Shown here: in pieces, positions 1-9,791 of the stretch
Position numbering within the stretch: the stretch's first letter is position 1
How the letters are laid out: each line of letters opens with the position of its first letter
Assembly: GCA_040902005.1 (NCBI GenBank)
Contig: JBBDYA010000081.1
Coordinates: 63,827 to 93,747, forward strand
Source of the DNA: Gemmatimonadaceae bacterium
Lineage (GTDB): Bacteria; Gemmatimonadota; Gemmatimonadetes; Gemmatimonadales; Gemmatimonadaceae
Length of the DNA stretch: 29,921 bases
Direction: 5' to 3'
Position numbers and translations under genes: made by a program
The notes under the pieces: model-generated
What the model was told of the DNA's origin: nothing
What the model saw: only the letters and a program-made list of their open reading frames with translations
The model's database searches: none

Positions 1-25
1 CCCCCCCCCCCCCCCCCCCCCCGCC

Positions 26-66
26 GAGAACCTCTAGCAGAGAACCTCTAGCAGAGAGCCTTTAGC
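26..66. repeat. 14-bp tandem repeat (GAGAACCTCTAGCA x2 plus a degenerate third copy) at the murG 3' end
   Basis: 26-39 and 40-53 are identical GAGAACCTCTAGCA. 54-66 is GAGAGCCTTTAGC and overlaps the murG stop codon. Confidence 0.75.
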
Positions 67-1162
67 CGCCGACAGCTTCTATCAGTGCCACGATGCGTCG
101 CGCGATGTCCTGTGCCGCGTTCGGTCGCGCGCGCGCCGCCGCCGCCCGCGTGATGCGCTCCAGTCGCGCGGCGTCACCCACAAGCGCCGACACCTCGGCG
201 CCGAGGCGCGCGCCGGTGAGCTGTGACTGCGGCAGGTGTACCGCGGCGCTGGCGTCCGCGAGCGTGCGCGCGTTGTGCGTCTGGTGATCCGCGGCCGCCG
301 TGGGCAGCGGAATCAGGAGGGCGGGAATGTGCCACGCGAACAGTTCGGCGAGCGTCATCGTGCCGGCCCGCGCGATGGCAAGAGTCGCCGACGCGTACGC
401 ATCGCGAATTGGCGACAGGTATGGCCGCACGCGAACCCGGTCGGACTCGAGATGCGCGAACGCGTCGTACGTCTTCTTCCCGGTGCCCCAGATCAGGTGC
501 ACGCGCGGCGGCAGTCCGCCGGCGATCCAGTCGCGCACCGCCGTGTTGATCGCCAGTGACCCCTGGCTGCCGCCATACACCAGCACCACGATGGCCTCCG
601 GCGGAAACCCCCACGCGCGCAGGGCCGCCTCACGCGCGGGGCGCGGTTCTGGCGGGGGCTCGATCGGCGCGCCGACATCCACCAGCGCCTCCGGCGATCG
701 CGCGTGGAGACGCTGTGCGGACTCCGGAAACGAGAGATAGATCTCGCGCGCCCAGCGGCTGAAGAGGCGCGCCGTGAGACTCGGCAGACTGTCCCCGGTC
801 TGCTCCACCAGCGGAATACGATGCGCCACCGCGTACGCGAGCATGGTCACCGCGGCATAGCCGCCCGTGCCGACCACGAGCGCCGGACGCTCCTCACGCA
901 CCAGCCGGCCGATCGCGCGCCAGGCGGTGAGCATCCCCGCGGCAGTGCGCCAGTTGTTCCACACCCGGGATCGGTACAGCGGGTGGAGGTCGAGCAGCAG
1001 ATGCGGATAGCCCGTGCCCGGAAGCACGTCGCGCTCCACGCCCCGTCGCGCGCCCACGAAGAAGGGCTGGATGTCCGGGCGCAATGCCTGCACGGCGCGG
1101 GCGATCGCGAGGCCGGGATACAGGTGTCCGCCGGTCCCGCCTCCCGCGACTATGATCCTCAC
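62..1162 (-). CDS. murG: undecaprenyl-PP-MurNAc-pentapeptide GlcNAc transferase MurG
   Basis: Motifs RIIVAGGGTGGHLYPGLA, GTGGYA, YGGSQG, RAGTMT and DHQTHNA. GTG start at 1162 overlaps the ftsW TGA (GTGA). The ORF track's upstream extension to 2248 is not coding. Confidence 0.96.
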   Translation of the reverse strand: MRIIVAGGGTGGHLYPGLAIARAVQALRPDIQPFFVGARRGVERDVLPGTGYPHLLLDLHPLYRSRVWNNWRTAAGMLTAWRAIGRLVREERPALVVGTGGYAAVTMLAYAVAHRIPLVEQTGDSLPSLTARLFSRWAREIYLSFPESAQRLHARSPEALVDVGAPIEPPPEPRPAREAALRAWGFPPEAIVVLVYGGSQGSLAINTAVRDWIAGGLPPRVHLIWGTGKKTYDAFAHLESDRVRVRPYLSPIRDAYASATLAIARAGTMTLAELFAWHIPALLIPLPTAAADHQTHNARTLADASAAVHLPQSQLTGARLGAEVSALVGDAARLERITRAAAARARPNAAQDIARRIVALIEAVGG

Positions 1163-2352
1163 GCGCGCCGGGTCAACGGATCGGTGGCGCCGGTGCCGAC
1201 GACCCGATCCCTTCTGCTCCCGATGTTCACGAGCACGCCAGTGAGAAACATGGTGAGCACCAGGTTCGAGCGCCCGTAGGACACAAAGGGGAGCGTGAGT
1301 CCCGTGGTGGGCAGCAAGCCGATCACGACGCCGATGTGCACGTACGCGGTGAGCACCGTGGTGAAGGTGAGCCCCACGGCCACGAGCTGCAGAAACGGGG
1401 ACCGTGCGGCGCGGGCGATGCGAAATCCGTAGAGCGCGTACGCGCCGAAGGCGAGCGTGAGGGCCGCCAGACCCAGAAACCCCCACTCCTCGCCCACGTT
1501 GCTGGCAATGAAGTCGCTGTACGGATACGGGAGAAATCCGTACTGCTGCCGTCCCTCGCCGTAGCCCGCGCCGAACGTGCCGCCCGAGCCCACCGCGAGC
1601 AGCGACTGCCGCAGCTGATACCCGGCCGACGGCGCCTGCCCCGGATCGAGGAAGGACACGAGGCGCAGCAGCGCGTACTGCACGCGTTCGATCTCCACCC
1701 AGAGCCACGGAAGCGCGAGCGCGCCGAGCAGCACGAAGTGCGCGATGCGCACGCCGCCGGCGAAGAGCACGATGGCCATCAGCAGCGTGTAGAGAATCGC
1801 CACGGACAGGTCGGGTTCCGCCGCGGCCAGCACGCAGAGGGCCAACAGTACCACGAGAAAGGGCACGAGGCCGCGCGAGAATCCGCGCAGCCGGTCGCCC
1901 TTCTTCACCACGAGCATGGCGGTCCACACCACCACCGCGAACTTCCCGAGCTCCGACGGCTGGAAGGACGTGCTGTAGAGGAATCGCTTGGACCCGTTGA
2001 TGCGCGGCGCGATATCGTTCGGCAGCACCAGCACCAGCAGCAGGGTGACGAGCGTCACCCACATGAGCGGCCACGCCCAGGCGCGCCAGCGCTCGGCATC
2101 CACCTTGGCGGCGACCATGAAGGCGATGACGCCGATGCCGGCCCCGGTGAGCTGCCGGATCAGGTAGTACGTGCCATCGCGTCCCCGGTTGATCGCCTCG
2201 ATCGCGCTGGCACTGTACAGCACGGCCAGCCCGAACACGAGCAGGCACGCCGAGACCAGCACGATCGCGCGGGCCTCCTCACTGATCACCCAGCGCTCCC
2301 GCACGTCGGCGCGTGGCAGCTCGCGAGCGCGCGCGACCGTTGCCGCGGTCAC
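1159..2352 (-). CDS. ftsW: SEDS-family peptidoglycan polymerase FtsW
   Basis: Multi-TM protein with FQPSELGK, EPDLS, GYQLRQSLLAVGSGG, SDFI, GEEWGF and PTTGLTLPFVSYGRS. Lies between murD and murG. Confidence 0.95.
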   Translation of the reverse strand: MTAATVARARELPRADVRERWVISEEARAIVLVSACLLVFGLAVLYSASAIEAINRGRDGTYYLIRQLTGAGIGVIAFMVAAKVDAERWRAWAWPLMWVTLVTLLLVLVLPNDIAPRINGSKRFLYSTSFQPSELGKFAVVVWTAMLVVKKGDRLRGFSRGLVPFLVVLLALCVLAAAEPDLSVAILYTLLMAIVLFAGGVRIAHFVLLGALALPWLWVEIERVQYALLRLVSFLDPGQAPSAGYQLRQSLLAVGSGGTFGAGYGEGRQQYGFLPYPYSDFIASNVGEEWGFLGLAALTLAFGAYALYGFRIARAARSPFLQLVAVGLTFTTVLTAYVHIGVVIGLLPTTGLTLPFVSYGRSNLVLTMFLTGVLVNIGSRRDRVVGTGATDPLTRRA

Positions 2353-3743
2353 GACTGGACCACGAGTCGCTTGAACTCGTTTCCGCGGTGCTCGTAATCG
2401 GTGAACATGTCGAAACTGGAACAGGCCGGAGACAGCAGGACGGCGTCGCCCGGCGACGTGGACCGTCGGGCGCGGGCGACCACGTCCGCGAAATCGGTGC
2501 CGCCCTGCTCGACGGCTACGCTGCCTGAGAGGTCACGCGCGATCAGCTCAGCCGCCTGGCCATACGCGATCACGCGCGTGACGGTGCGCTTCACCTCGGG
2601 GACCAGCGCGGTATAGGCGTCGCCCTTGTGCATGCCCCCGAGCAGGAGCACGGTGGGCCGCGTCATGCCGCGCAGCGCGACCAGCGTGGAGGCCACGTTG
2701 GTGGACTTCGAGTCGTTGATCCAGAGCACACCGCCAACGTCCGCCACGATCTCGATGCGGTGCTCCAGGCCCCGGAAGGACCGCAGCGCATCCCCGAGCA
2801 GCGCGCAGGACTCCGTGGTGCGGTGCCGCGGATCCGCCAACATCACCGCGAGCGACGCGGCCAGGGCGTTCGCCACGTTGTGATCCCCGATCAGCCGGAG
2901 CTCCGATCGCCTGATCAGCGGGCAGCCCAGCACCATCAGCGCGTCGGAGTCCCGGTCGTAGTACGCATCGGATTTCCCCACGAGCGAAAAGTTTGCGTGA
3001 ACGCCAGGAACGCCGTCTGCCAGCGACCGCACGGCGGCATCGTCCGCGTTCGTCACCCAGCACGAGGACGGCGTCGCGTTGACGAACAGGCGTCGCTTGT
3101 CCGCGTAGTAGGCCTCCACGTCGTCGTACCGGTCCAGGTGGTTGGCCGACAGGTTGGTGAGCACGCCCACGTCCGGCCGCAGGCTGGGGGTATCGTGCAG
3201 CTGGAACGATGACACCTCGAGCGCGACCCAGTCCGGCGGCGCAGCGTGCTGCGCCACCTCGGCCAGCGGAAGACCGATGTTCCCGGCGGCGACGGCGCGC
3301 AGGTCCAGCGCGAGCAGCAGGTGCGCGACGAGGGCCGTGGTCGTCGTCTTGCCGTTCGTGCCGGTCACGGCGACGTAGCGCAGCGTGGGCAGGAACCGCA
3401 GCGCGATCTCGATCTCGCTCACCACCTCGCGCCCGCGCTCGCGCGCCGCGATCACGGGGGGCGCGTTCGGCGGCACGCCGGGGCTCACGACCAGCAGCGA
3501 CGCGCGCGCGATGCGATCCAGGTCGTGCCCGCCGAGCTGCGCGTCCACCCCTTCCCGCTCCAGCTCCTCCGCCGCGGCCTCCAGCTCGGGGGCGCGCCGC
3601 GCATCGGACGCGTACACCAGGTTGCCCGTGCGCGCGAGCAGCAGGGCCACGGCGTGTCCGCTGCGTGCCAGGCCCGCGACCGCGATTTCGTGCTGGAGCC
3701 AGTCCGCGCGCAACGCGGGCTCGGAGACGCGCGGCGTCCTCAC
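2349..3743 (-). CDS. murD: UDP-MurNAc-L-Ala:D-Glu ligase MurD
   Basis: GLARSG, VVSPGVP, VTGTNGKTTT, LEVSSFQL, NHLDRY, HRIE, INDSKSTN and LLSPACSSFDMF. Confidence 0.96.
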   Translation of the reverse strand: MRTPRVSEPALRADWLQHEIAVAGLARSGHAVALLLARTGNLVYASDARRAPELEAAAEELEREGVDAQLGGHDLDRIARASLLVVSPGVPPNAPPVIAARERGREVVSEIEIALRFLPTLRYVAVTGTNGKTTTTALVAHLLLALDLRAVAAGNIGLPLAEVAQHAAPPDWVALEVSSFQLHDTPSLRPDVGVLTNLSANHLDRYDDVEAYYADKRRLFVNATPSSCWVTNADDAAVRSLADGVPGVHANFSLVGKSDAYYDRDSDALMVLGCPLIRRSELRLIGDHNVANALAASLAVMLADPRHRTTESCALLGDALRSFRGLEHRIEIVADVGGVLWINDSKSTNVASTLVALRGMTRPTVLLLGGMHKGDAYTALVPEVKRTVTRVIAYGQAAELIARDLSGSVAVEQGGTDFADVVARARRSTSPGDAVLLSPACSSFDMFTDYEHRGNEFKRLVVQS

Positions 3744-3744
3744 G

Positions 3745-4890
3745 TCACCGGAGCTTCAGCGTGCTGACGGCCAGGACCGCGAAGAGCACCTGGATGATCC
3801 AGAAGCGCACCACCACCTGCGACTCGTGCCACCCCTTGAGCTCCATGTGATGGTGCAAGGGCGCTCGCAGGAGCAGCCGGTGCCGTTGCGCGTACTCGAG
3901 GCCGAACCGCTTGCGGCGATACTTGAACACGAACCGCTGGCCGAGCACGGAGAACGTCTCCACCATGAACACGAACCCGACGAACACGAGCAGGAATTCC
4001 GATTTCAGCAGGATCGCCACCGCGCCGATGCCGCCGCCCAGCGCGAGCGACCCCGTATCGCCCATGAAGACCTGCGCGGGATACGCGTTGAACCAGAGGA
4101 ATCCGATCAGGGCGCCCACCATCGCCGCGCAGAACACGGTGAGCTCGCCGGCGTTGTGCAGGTAGAAGACGCCCAGGTACCGGCTCGTGTCGACCCGACC
4201 GATGACGTACGCGAACAGCGCGAGCGTGGCGAACGCGATCGCGCTGAGCCCGGCCGCGAGCCCGTCGATGCCGTCCGTCAGGTTCACCGCGTTGCTGACG
4301 CCCACCAGGATGAACGTGGTGAACAGCACGTAGATCCACGCCAGCGACGCCGTCAAGGGCACCACGAGCACGTACTTGTAGAACGGCAGGGTCGTGGAGG
4401 CGCCGGGCAGGTTGGGCGACAGGGGAAACTGCCAGAGGTACCAGCCGAGGAACAGGCCGACGGCGACCTGGCCGATGAGCTTGTACCGTTCCACGAGCCC
4501 CTGGTTCTTCGTCCCCTCCCGCTTCTGCTTGAGCTTCAGCACGTCGTCCAGGAAGCCGATCGCCCCCATCCAGGCGGTGACCAGGAGCGCCAGCACGGTG
4601 TACCTGCTGTTCATCCGCGCCCAGAGGAGCACGGACGTGAGCGAGCAGAACAGGATGATGAGCCCGCCCATCGTGGGCGTCGTCCCCTTGGACAGATGCG
4701 AGTCTGGCGTGCCCTCGCGGATGACCTGATGATACGCGCGCGTCCTGAGCTGCTTCAGGACGAAGGGGCCCACCACGAATGACAGCAGCAGCGCCGTGGT
4801 GGCCGCGCCGGCCGCGCGGAACGTGATGTACACGAAGACATTCAGGAACGGGTATTCCCGAATGAGCGGGACGAAGATGGCGTAAAGCAC
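3745..4890 (-). CDS. mraY: phospho-MurNAc-pentapeptide transferase MraY
   Basis: KGTTPTMGG, GFLDD, SNAVNLTDGIDGLA, FMGDTGSLALG and APLHHH; multi-TM. Confidence 0.97.
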   Translation of the reverse strand: MLYAIFVPLIREYPFLNVFVYITFRAAGAATTALLLSFVVGPFVLKQLRTRAYHQVIREGTPDSHLSKGTTPTMGGLIILFCSLTSVLLWARMNSRYTVLALLVTAWMGAIGFLDDVLKLKQKREGTKNQGLVERYKLIGQVAVGLFLGWYLWQFPLSPNLPGASTTLPFYKYVLVVPLTASLAWIYVLFTTFILVGVSNAVNLTDGIDGLAAGLSAIAFATLALFAYVIGRVDTSRYLGVFYLHNAGELTVFCAAMVGALIGFLWFNAYPAQVFMGDTGSLALGGGIGAVAILLKSEFLLVFVGFVFMVETFSVLGQRFVFKYRRKRFGLEYAQRHRLLLRAPLHHHMELKGWHESQVVVRFWIIQVLFAVLAVSTLKLR

Positions 4891-4932
4891 GTGGTCCTGG
4901 GTGGCGGCGCGCGGCGTTCGGCGGAACCCGGC

Positions 4933-6315
4933 CTATGACGCGCCGCGTGCCCACTCCGTTACCGAGGGCACCAGCCGCTCCAGCCGGACACCGCGCGAAC
5001 CCTTCAGCAGGATAATGGCGCCGGGCCGCAGGCGCGACGCGAGCCGGTCCCACACCCCGTCCACGTCCCCGGCGCCCACCCAGCGGTCGGCCGGCGCCCC
5101 GACCCGCTCGAGGGCCAGGGCGAATTCGCCGACGCCGGCGATCACATCGATGCCGGCGTCGAGCGCGGCGCGCGCAATCTCGTCGTGCAGCGCGGGCGCG
5201 GTGGGACCCAACTCCAGCATCGTCCCCAGCACCGCCACCCGCTGCCTGCCGGCCGACGCGGCGCCCCCGGCGTGCGCCAGCAGCTCCAGTGCGGCGCGGG
5301 CGGAACCCGGATTGGAGTTGTACGCGTCGTTGATGAGCAGCGTGTCGCCGATCCGCTCCACGTGGCTCCGCATGGGCGGCGCCGGCATCGCCGCGATGCC
5401 ACGGGCCGCATCGGTCAGTGGGATTCCCAGCTCGCGCGCGACGGCAAGCGCGAGCATCGCGTTGCGCAGGTTGTGCACCCCGCGCAGCGGCACGCGAACC
5501 TCCACGTCATCGACGGTGATCGCGCCACGCCCCTCCGCGTCGAGTGACCACCGCTGGACCGGCAGGTCGCCACCCTCGAGTCCCGCGACCACCACGCGAC
5601 GCGCGCGCCCGCGCGCTGCGGCCACCACGTCGGGCTGGCCCGCGGGCACGATCGCCACGGGCGCGCCGTCGCACGCCGCCATCTCTTCGCGCAGCACGCC
5701 GGCCAGGTCGCCAAGTCCCTCGAGGTGCTCCTCCGCGATCGACGTGACCACGACCACCGTGGGCTCGACGATGGCGCGCAACGTAGCGACCTCGCCGGGC
5801 TGGTTCGTGCCCATCTCGATCACCGCCGCCTCGGCGCGCTCCGGAAGCGCCAGCAGCGTCTGCGGCACGCCGATGAGATTGTTGAGGTTGAGAGGCGTGG
5901 CGTGCACCTCGAGCCGGCTGCCGAGCGCCGCGCGAATCAACTCCTTCGTGCTGGTCTTGCCGTTCGTGCCCACGACGCCGATCACGGCGCCCGGGAACGC
6001 CCGGCGCCGGTAGCGCCCGAGCGCGCCGAGCGCGGCGCGGGTGTCGCTCACGTGGTAGACGGGAACGTCCAGGGCTCCCCCGCCCGCCCGCTCGGCGCGC
6101 GACACGACGACGGCGGACGCACCCGCGCGCACCGCCTCCGCGAGAAAATCGTGGGCGTCGAACCGCTCGCCCACGAGGGCCACGAAGAGGTCACCGCGTG
6201 CGATCGACCGCGTGTCGGTCCACACGCGCGTCAGCGCACCAGGGCCGGCCGGAGGAGGAGCGACGGCAAGCGGCGCCAGCGCGTTCGCCACCCGCTCGCC
6301 CGTCCAGAAGCTCAT
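4933..6315 (-). CDS. murF: UDP-MurNAc-tripeptide:D-Ala-D-Ala ligase MurF
   Basis: DTRSI, GERFDAHDF, GTNGKTSTKE, NLNNLIGVP, IEMG, INDAYNSNP, LGTMLELG and LKGSRG. Confidence 0.96.
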   Translation of the reverse strand: MSFWTGERVANALAPLAVAPPPAGPGALTRVWTDTRSIARGDLFVALVGERFDAHDFLAEAVRAGASAVVVSRAERAGGGALDVPVYHVSDTRAALGALGRYRRRAFPGAVIGVVGTNGKTSTKELIRAALGSRLEVHATPLNLNNLIGVPQTLLALPERAEAAVIEMGTNQPGEVATLRAIVEPTVVVVTSIAEEHLEGLGDLAGVLREEMAACDGAPVAIVPAGQPDVVAAARGRARRVVVAGLEGGDLPVQRWSLDAEGRGAITVDDVEVRVPLRGVHNLRNAMLALAVARELGIPLTDAARGIAAMPAPPMRSHVERIGDTLLINDAYNSNPGSARAALELLAHAGGAASAGRQRVAVLGTMLELGPTAPALHDEIARAALDAGIDVIAGVGEFALALERVGAPADRWVGAGDVDGVWDRLASRLRPGAIILLKGSRGVRLERLVPSVTEWARGAS

Positions 6316-7778
6316 GCGCGCACCCGGGTGAGCTCCGCCACAATCGCCTTCTCATCGAACGGGAGTCGCTCGGTGCCGCGCAGCTGGTAGGTCTCGTGGC
6401 CCTTCCCCGCGAGGAGCACCACGTCGTCCGACCCCGCGAGGGCCAGTGCCCGCGCGATGGCGTCGCGCCGGTCCTCGATGCGCTCGTGCCGGCCCGCCGT
6501 CATTCCCGCCTCGATGTCGTCGAGAATCGCCTCGGGATCCTCGGTGCGTGGATTGTCGCTCGTCACGATCGCCAGGTCTGCCAGGCGCTCGGCGATGCCG
6601 CCCATCTCGGGGCGCTTTCCCCGATCGCGGTCGCCGCCACAACCGAACACCACGAGCAGGCGCCCACTGACGAACGGTCGCACGGCACCGAGCGCCCGCG
6701 CCAGCGCGTCCGGCGTATGCGCGTAGTCGCGCAGCACAGTGGGGCGTTCCCCCACCACCTCGAGGCGCCCCGGCACCTGCGGCACGGTGCCGAGCCGCCG
6801 CGCGATGGTGTCGGTCGGCACGCCGAGCGCGTACGCCGCCGCGGCCGCCGCCACCGCATTGCTCACGTTGAAGTCGCCGATGAGCGGCAGCCGCACGGGG
6901 AAACGCTCCGTCCCGGCCACGAGCGTCCATTCCGACCCGCGCGGCGTGTAGCGCGGACGGTGCGCGTGCACCTCGACGGACGAGTGCGTGCTGAACTCCA
7001 CCTTGCGCCGGTCGGTAGCCAGCGCGCGCCATACGGGATCATCGGCGTTCACCACCACGATGCCGTGGGGGGGGGGCGCGAGGTGCGCGCAGAGGCGTTC
7101 CTTGGCCTCGCGGTAGGCGTCCATCGTCTGGTGATAGTCCAGGTGGTCGCGCGACAGGTTGGTGAACACCGCCACGTCGAACGCCAGGCCGTCCACACGA
7201 TGCTGATGCAGCGCATGCGAGGAGACCTCCATCGCAACGCGGTGGACGCCCGCGTCCACCAACGCGCGCAGGATGCGCTGGAGCTCCACCGGTCCCGGCG
7301 TGGTGAGGCCGGGGTCCTGGATCACGGCACGCCCCTCGCTGCCGACAAGCACACCGACCGTGCCGATGGACGCTGCCGCACCGTCCTCGTCCAGCAGGTG
7401 GCGGAGCATGTGCGCGGTAGTCGTCTTGCCGTTGGTGCCCGTGATCGCGACGAGGCAAAGATGCCGCGCGGGAAAATCATACGCGGCCGCCGCGGCCACG
7501 GCGGCCGCGCGCCGTCCGTCGCGCACCACGATCGCCGGCAGCGGGGCGCGCGCCGCGTCCTCGACGATGGCGGCCGCGGCGCCGGCGGCGCGCGCGCGAT
7601 CCAGATAATCGTGGCCATCCATCGTGGCGCCGCGCACCGCCACGAACAGCCCTCCGCGCGTCAGGCGGCGACTGTCGTCCGCGATGGACGAGATGTGCGC
7701 CGGCAGCGCACCGCGGGTCTCGACGAGCAGATCGGCGGCGGTGAGAGCCGCCGTGATGTGGGTCAACGGAATGGGCAT
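6312..7778 (-). CDS. murE: UDP-MurNAc-dipeptide:meso-diaminopimelate ligase MurE
   Basis: DDSRR, ITGTNGKTTT, LTTPGP, MEVSSHAL, FTNLSRDHLDYH, DYAHTPDAL, GCGGDRD, SDNPR (the DAP-type DNPR motif) and LAGKGHE. Confidence 0.96.
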   Translation of the reverse strand: MPIPLTHITAALTAADLLVETRGALPAHISSIADDSRRLTRGGLFVAVRGATMDGHDYLDRARAAGAAAAIVEDAARAPLPAIVVRDGRRAAAVAAAAAYDFPARHLCLVAITGTNGKTTTAHMLRHLLDEDGAAASIGTVGVLVGSEGRAVIQDPGLTTPGPVELQRILRALVDAGVHRVAMEVSSHALHQHRVDGLAFDVAVFTNLSRDHLDYHQTMDAYREAKERLCAHLAPPPHGIVVVNADDPVWRALATDRRKVEFSTHSSVEVHAHRPRYTPRGSEWTLVAGTERFPVRLPLIGDFNVSNAVAAAAAAYALGVPTDTIARRLGTVPQVPGRLEVVGERPTVLRDYAHTPDALARALGAVRPFVSGRLLVVFGCGGDRDRGKRPEMGGIAERLADLAIVTSDNPRTEDPEAILDDIEAGMTAGRHERIEDRRDAIARALALAGSDDVVLLAGKGHETYQLRGTERLPFDEKAIVAELTRVRA

Positions 7779-9791
7779 TCAGCGAGTGTAGCGGAGGCGC
7801 ACGAGCGAGCCAGCAGGCGCGAGCGCACCGGGCGCCGGCTCGGTGACTCCCGCCACGCTCGCGGCCTGCGTGAGCTGGACGCGGAATCCGGCAGTATGCA
7901 GGGATCGCACCGCGTCGCGGAGCGTGAGTCCGCGCACATTCGGCACGCTCCGCGGCGCGGGCGGTTCGGCACGGCGCTCCGGCGGCGACGGGATGTCGAT
8001 CACGACGCTGGCCACGGCGGCGTCCGGGAACGCCGCGTCGTCATTCGCCCGCGCGACAGCGGCCACGGGCGCCAGCGAACGACCCGCCTGCACCGCCGCG
8101 ATGGTGCGCGGCGCGAGCCGGCTGCGATCCAGGGCTGCGTCGCGCGCGGCGATGGCGGCCTGCAGAATCGTCCGGGTCATCGGGGCCGCCGTGCGGCCGC
8201 CGTAGAAGTTGCCCTTCGGGCTCGTGAGCTTGACGACCACCACGAGCTGCGGCGCGTCTGCCGGAAACAGCCCGACGAAATTCGGGTTGTATTGCATCGG
8301 CGCGTACCGCCCGTTCACCGTGCGCCGCGGCGTGCCCGTCTTCCCACCCACCGCGTAGGTGGCAAGATCCGCGTCCAACGCGGTGCCCCGTTCCACCACG
8401 TCAGCGAGCAGGGTGCGCAGCGTCCTGGCGACCTCCTCGCTGATCGCGCGACGCACCACGCGGCGCTCGTGGCGGAAGGTCACCGCGCCGTTCGGCGCGC
8501 GAATCTCGCGGATGAGCGCCGGCTCCAGCAATTCGCCGCCGTTGGCGATCGCCGCGTAGGCGACGGCCAGCTGCACGGGCGTGACCGCCACTTCGTATCC
8601 CATCGCCAGCGAGGCCTGAGACTGGCGGGACCATGCCTTCGGGGGACGCAGCGTGCCAGCCGCTTCGGCGGCGTAGGGCAGTCCGCTGGGCATGCCCAGG
8701 CCGAAATCCCTCAGCGTCTCGAACTCCTCGCGCTCGGTGAGGCGCTCCGCGAACTGGACGATCCCCACGTTGCTCGAGTAGCGGATCACGTCCGCGAGCG
8801 ACAGCTGCGCGCGCGGCGGCCCCTGAGCTGGCTCGTCGTGCACGGTGCGGCCGTGCAGCGTGTACGTGCCGCCGCGCGTCGCCACCATGTCGGTCGTGCG
8901 GGCGCGTCCGCGCGCGAGGAGGCCGGCGGCGATGAGCGGTTTGAGCGTCGATCCCGGCTCGAAGGGTTCCGTGAGCGCCGTGACCGACCGGGACACGGCA
9001 CCATTCCGCTCACCGGCCATCGCGAGGATTTCGCCGCTGCGCGGGTCCATGATCACGATGTCGCCGCCTTCCGCCTCCAACCGGGCGACCGCGTCGGACA
9101 GGGTGCGCTCCGCGATCCCCTGCAGCTCGTGGTTGATCGTGAGGGTCACCGAGTGGCCAGGCGTGGGCGCCAGCCCGGGCGACGTGGGCGACACGAAACT
9201 GCGGCCGCCCATCGCACGCATCATCCGGGACGCACCTGGAACGCCGCGGAGAAGCGAATCCAACGTGAGTTCCAGCCCGTCGATGCCGCGGCCGTTGGCG
9301 ATGCGCCCGAGCAGGGGGCGGAGCCCCGGGGACATCGCGTACGTGCGGTCGCTGACCGGCGTCGTGTAGACCCCGCGCATCGCGGTGATCGCCGCCACGT
9401 CCTCCGCCACGAATCGCCCCGGGATTTCCACCCACTTGCGGCGCCGGTCCGCGGCACGGGCTGCCCAGGAGGCGTCCACCTTCGCGTTGAGCAAGGCGCG
9501 CTGCAATCGCCGGGGATCGCGGAGCTCGCGCGGCGCGACCTCGAGCTGCACCACCTCGCGCGTGGTGGCGAGGGTACGGCCGCCCGCGTCGAGCACCCTC
9601 CCGCGCGGCGCGGGCACTTCGCGCGCCGTGAACTGCTGGCGCCGCGCCAGGTCGGACCACGCGCGTCCCTGCACCAACTGCACGTGCGCCGCCTTGCCCA
9701 GCACGCCGAGCATGAGCAGCGCGAGCGAGGCGTGCACCAATCCGATGCGTCGGTGGCGATGGTTCGCCGACCCCTTGCCCACCCCTGTCAT
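7779..9791 (-). CDS. ftsI: class B penicillin-binding protein FtsI (PBP3-like) with C-terminal PASTA-like domain
   Basis: N-terminal TM, PRGRVLD, GIDGLE, EPGSTLK (SxxK), YSSNVG (SxN), GKTGT and C-terminal VPNVRGLTLRDA. The ATG at 9791 overlaps the ftsL stop (ATGA); alternative GTG at 9782. Confidence 0.92.
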   Translation of the reverse strand: MTGVGKGSANHRHRRIGLVHASLALLMLGVLGKAAHVQLVQGRAWSDLARRQQFTAREVPAPRGRVLDAGGRTLATTREVVQLEVAPRELRDPRRLQRALLNAKVDASWAARAADRRRKWVEIPGRFVAEDVAAITAMRGVYTTPVSDRTYAMSPGLRPLLGRIANGRGIDGLELTLDSLLRGVPGASRMMRAMGGRSFVSPTSPGLAPTPGHSVTLTINHELQGIAERTLSDAVARLEAEGGDIVIMDPRSGEILAMAGERNGAVSRSVTALTEPFEPGSTLKPLIAAGLLARGRARTTDMVATRGGTYTLHGRTVHDEPAQGPPRAQLSLADVIRYSSNVGIVQFAERLTEREEFETLRDFGLGMPSGLPYAAEAAGTLRPPKAWSRQSQASLAMGYEVAVTPVQLAVAYAAIANGGELLEPALIREIRAPNGAVTFRHERRVVRRAISEEVARTLRTLLADVVERGTALDADLATYAVGGKTGTPRRTVNGRYAPMQYNPNFVGLFPADAPQLVVVVKLTSPKGNFYGGRTAAPMTRTILQAAIAARDAALDRSRLAPRTIAAVQAGRSLAPVAAVARANDDAAFPDAAVASVVIDIPSPPERRAEPPAPRSVPNVRGLTLRDAVRSLHTAGFRVQLTQAASVAGVTEPAPGALAPAGSLVRLRYTR

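Noticed and set aside
1..22. C22 run at the window start (and G9 at 29913-29921)
   Set aside because: Terminal homopolymers are most simply contig-end artefacts. cheA is truncated by the window end and is not a pseudogene.
26..66. CRISPR array
   Set aside because: The units are only 14 bp, directly adjacent with no spacers, and there are no cas genes.
1163..2248. Apparent N-terminal extensions or fusions in the ORF track (murG 728 aa, ftsI 824 aa, cheR 699 aa, DnaA-like 838 aa)
   Set aside because: The extensions overlap the upstream real genes in another frame. Starts at or beside the upstream stop codons give normal-length proteins.
7067..7076. G10 tract in murE as a phase-variation site
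   Set aside because: The frame is intact (APPPH) in an essential gene, and there is no evidence of variation from this sequence alone.
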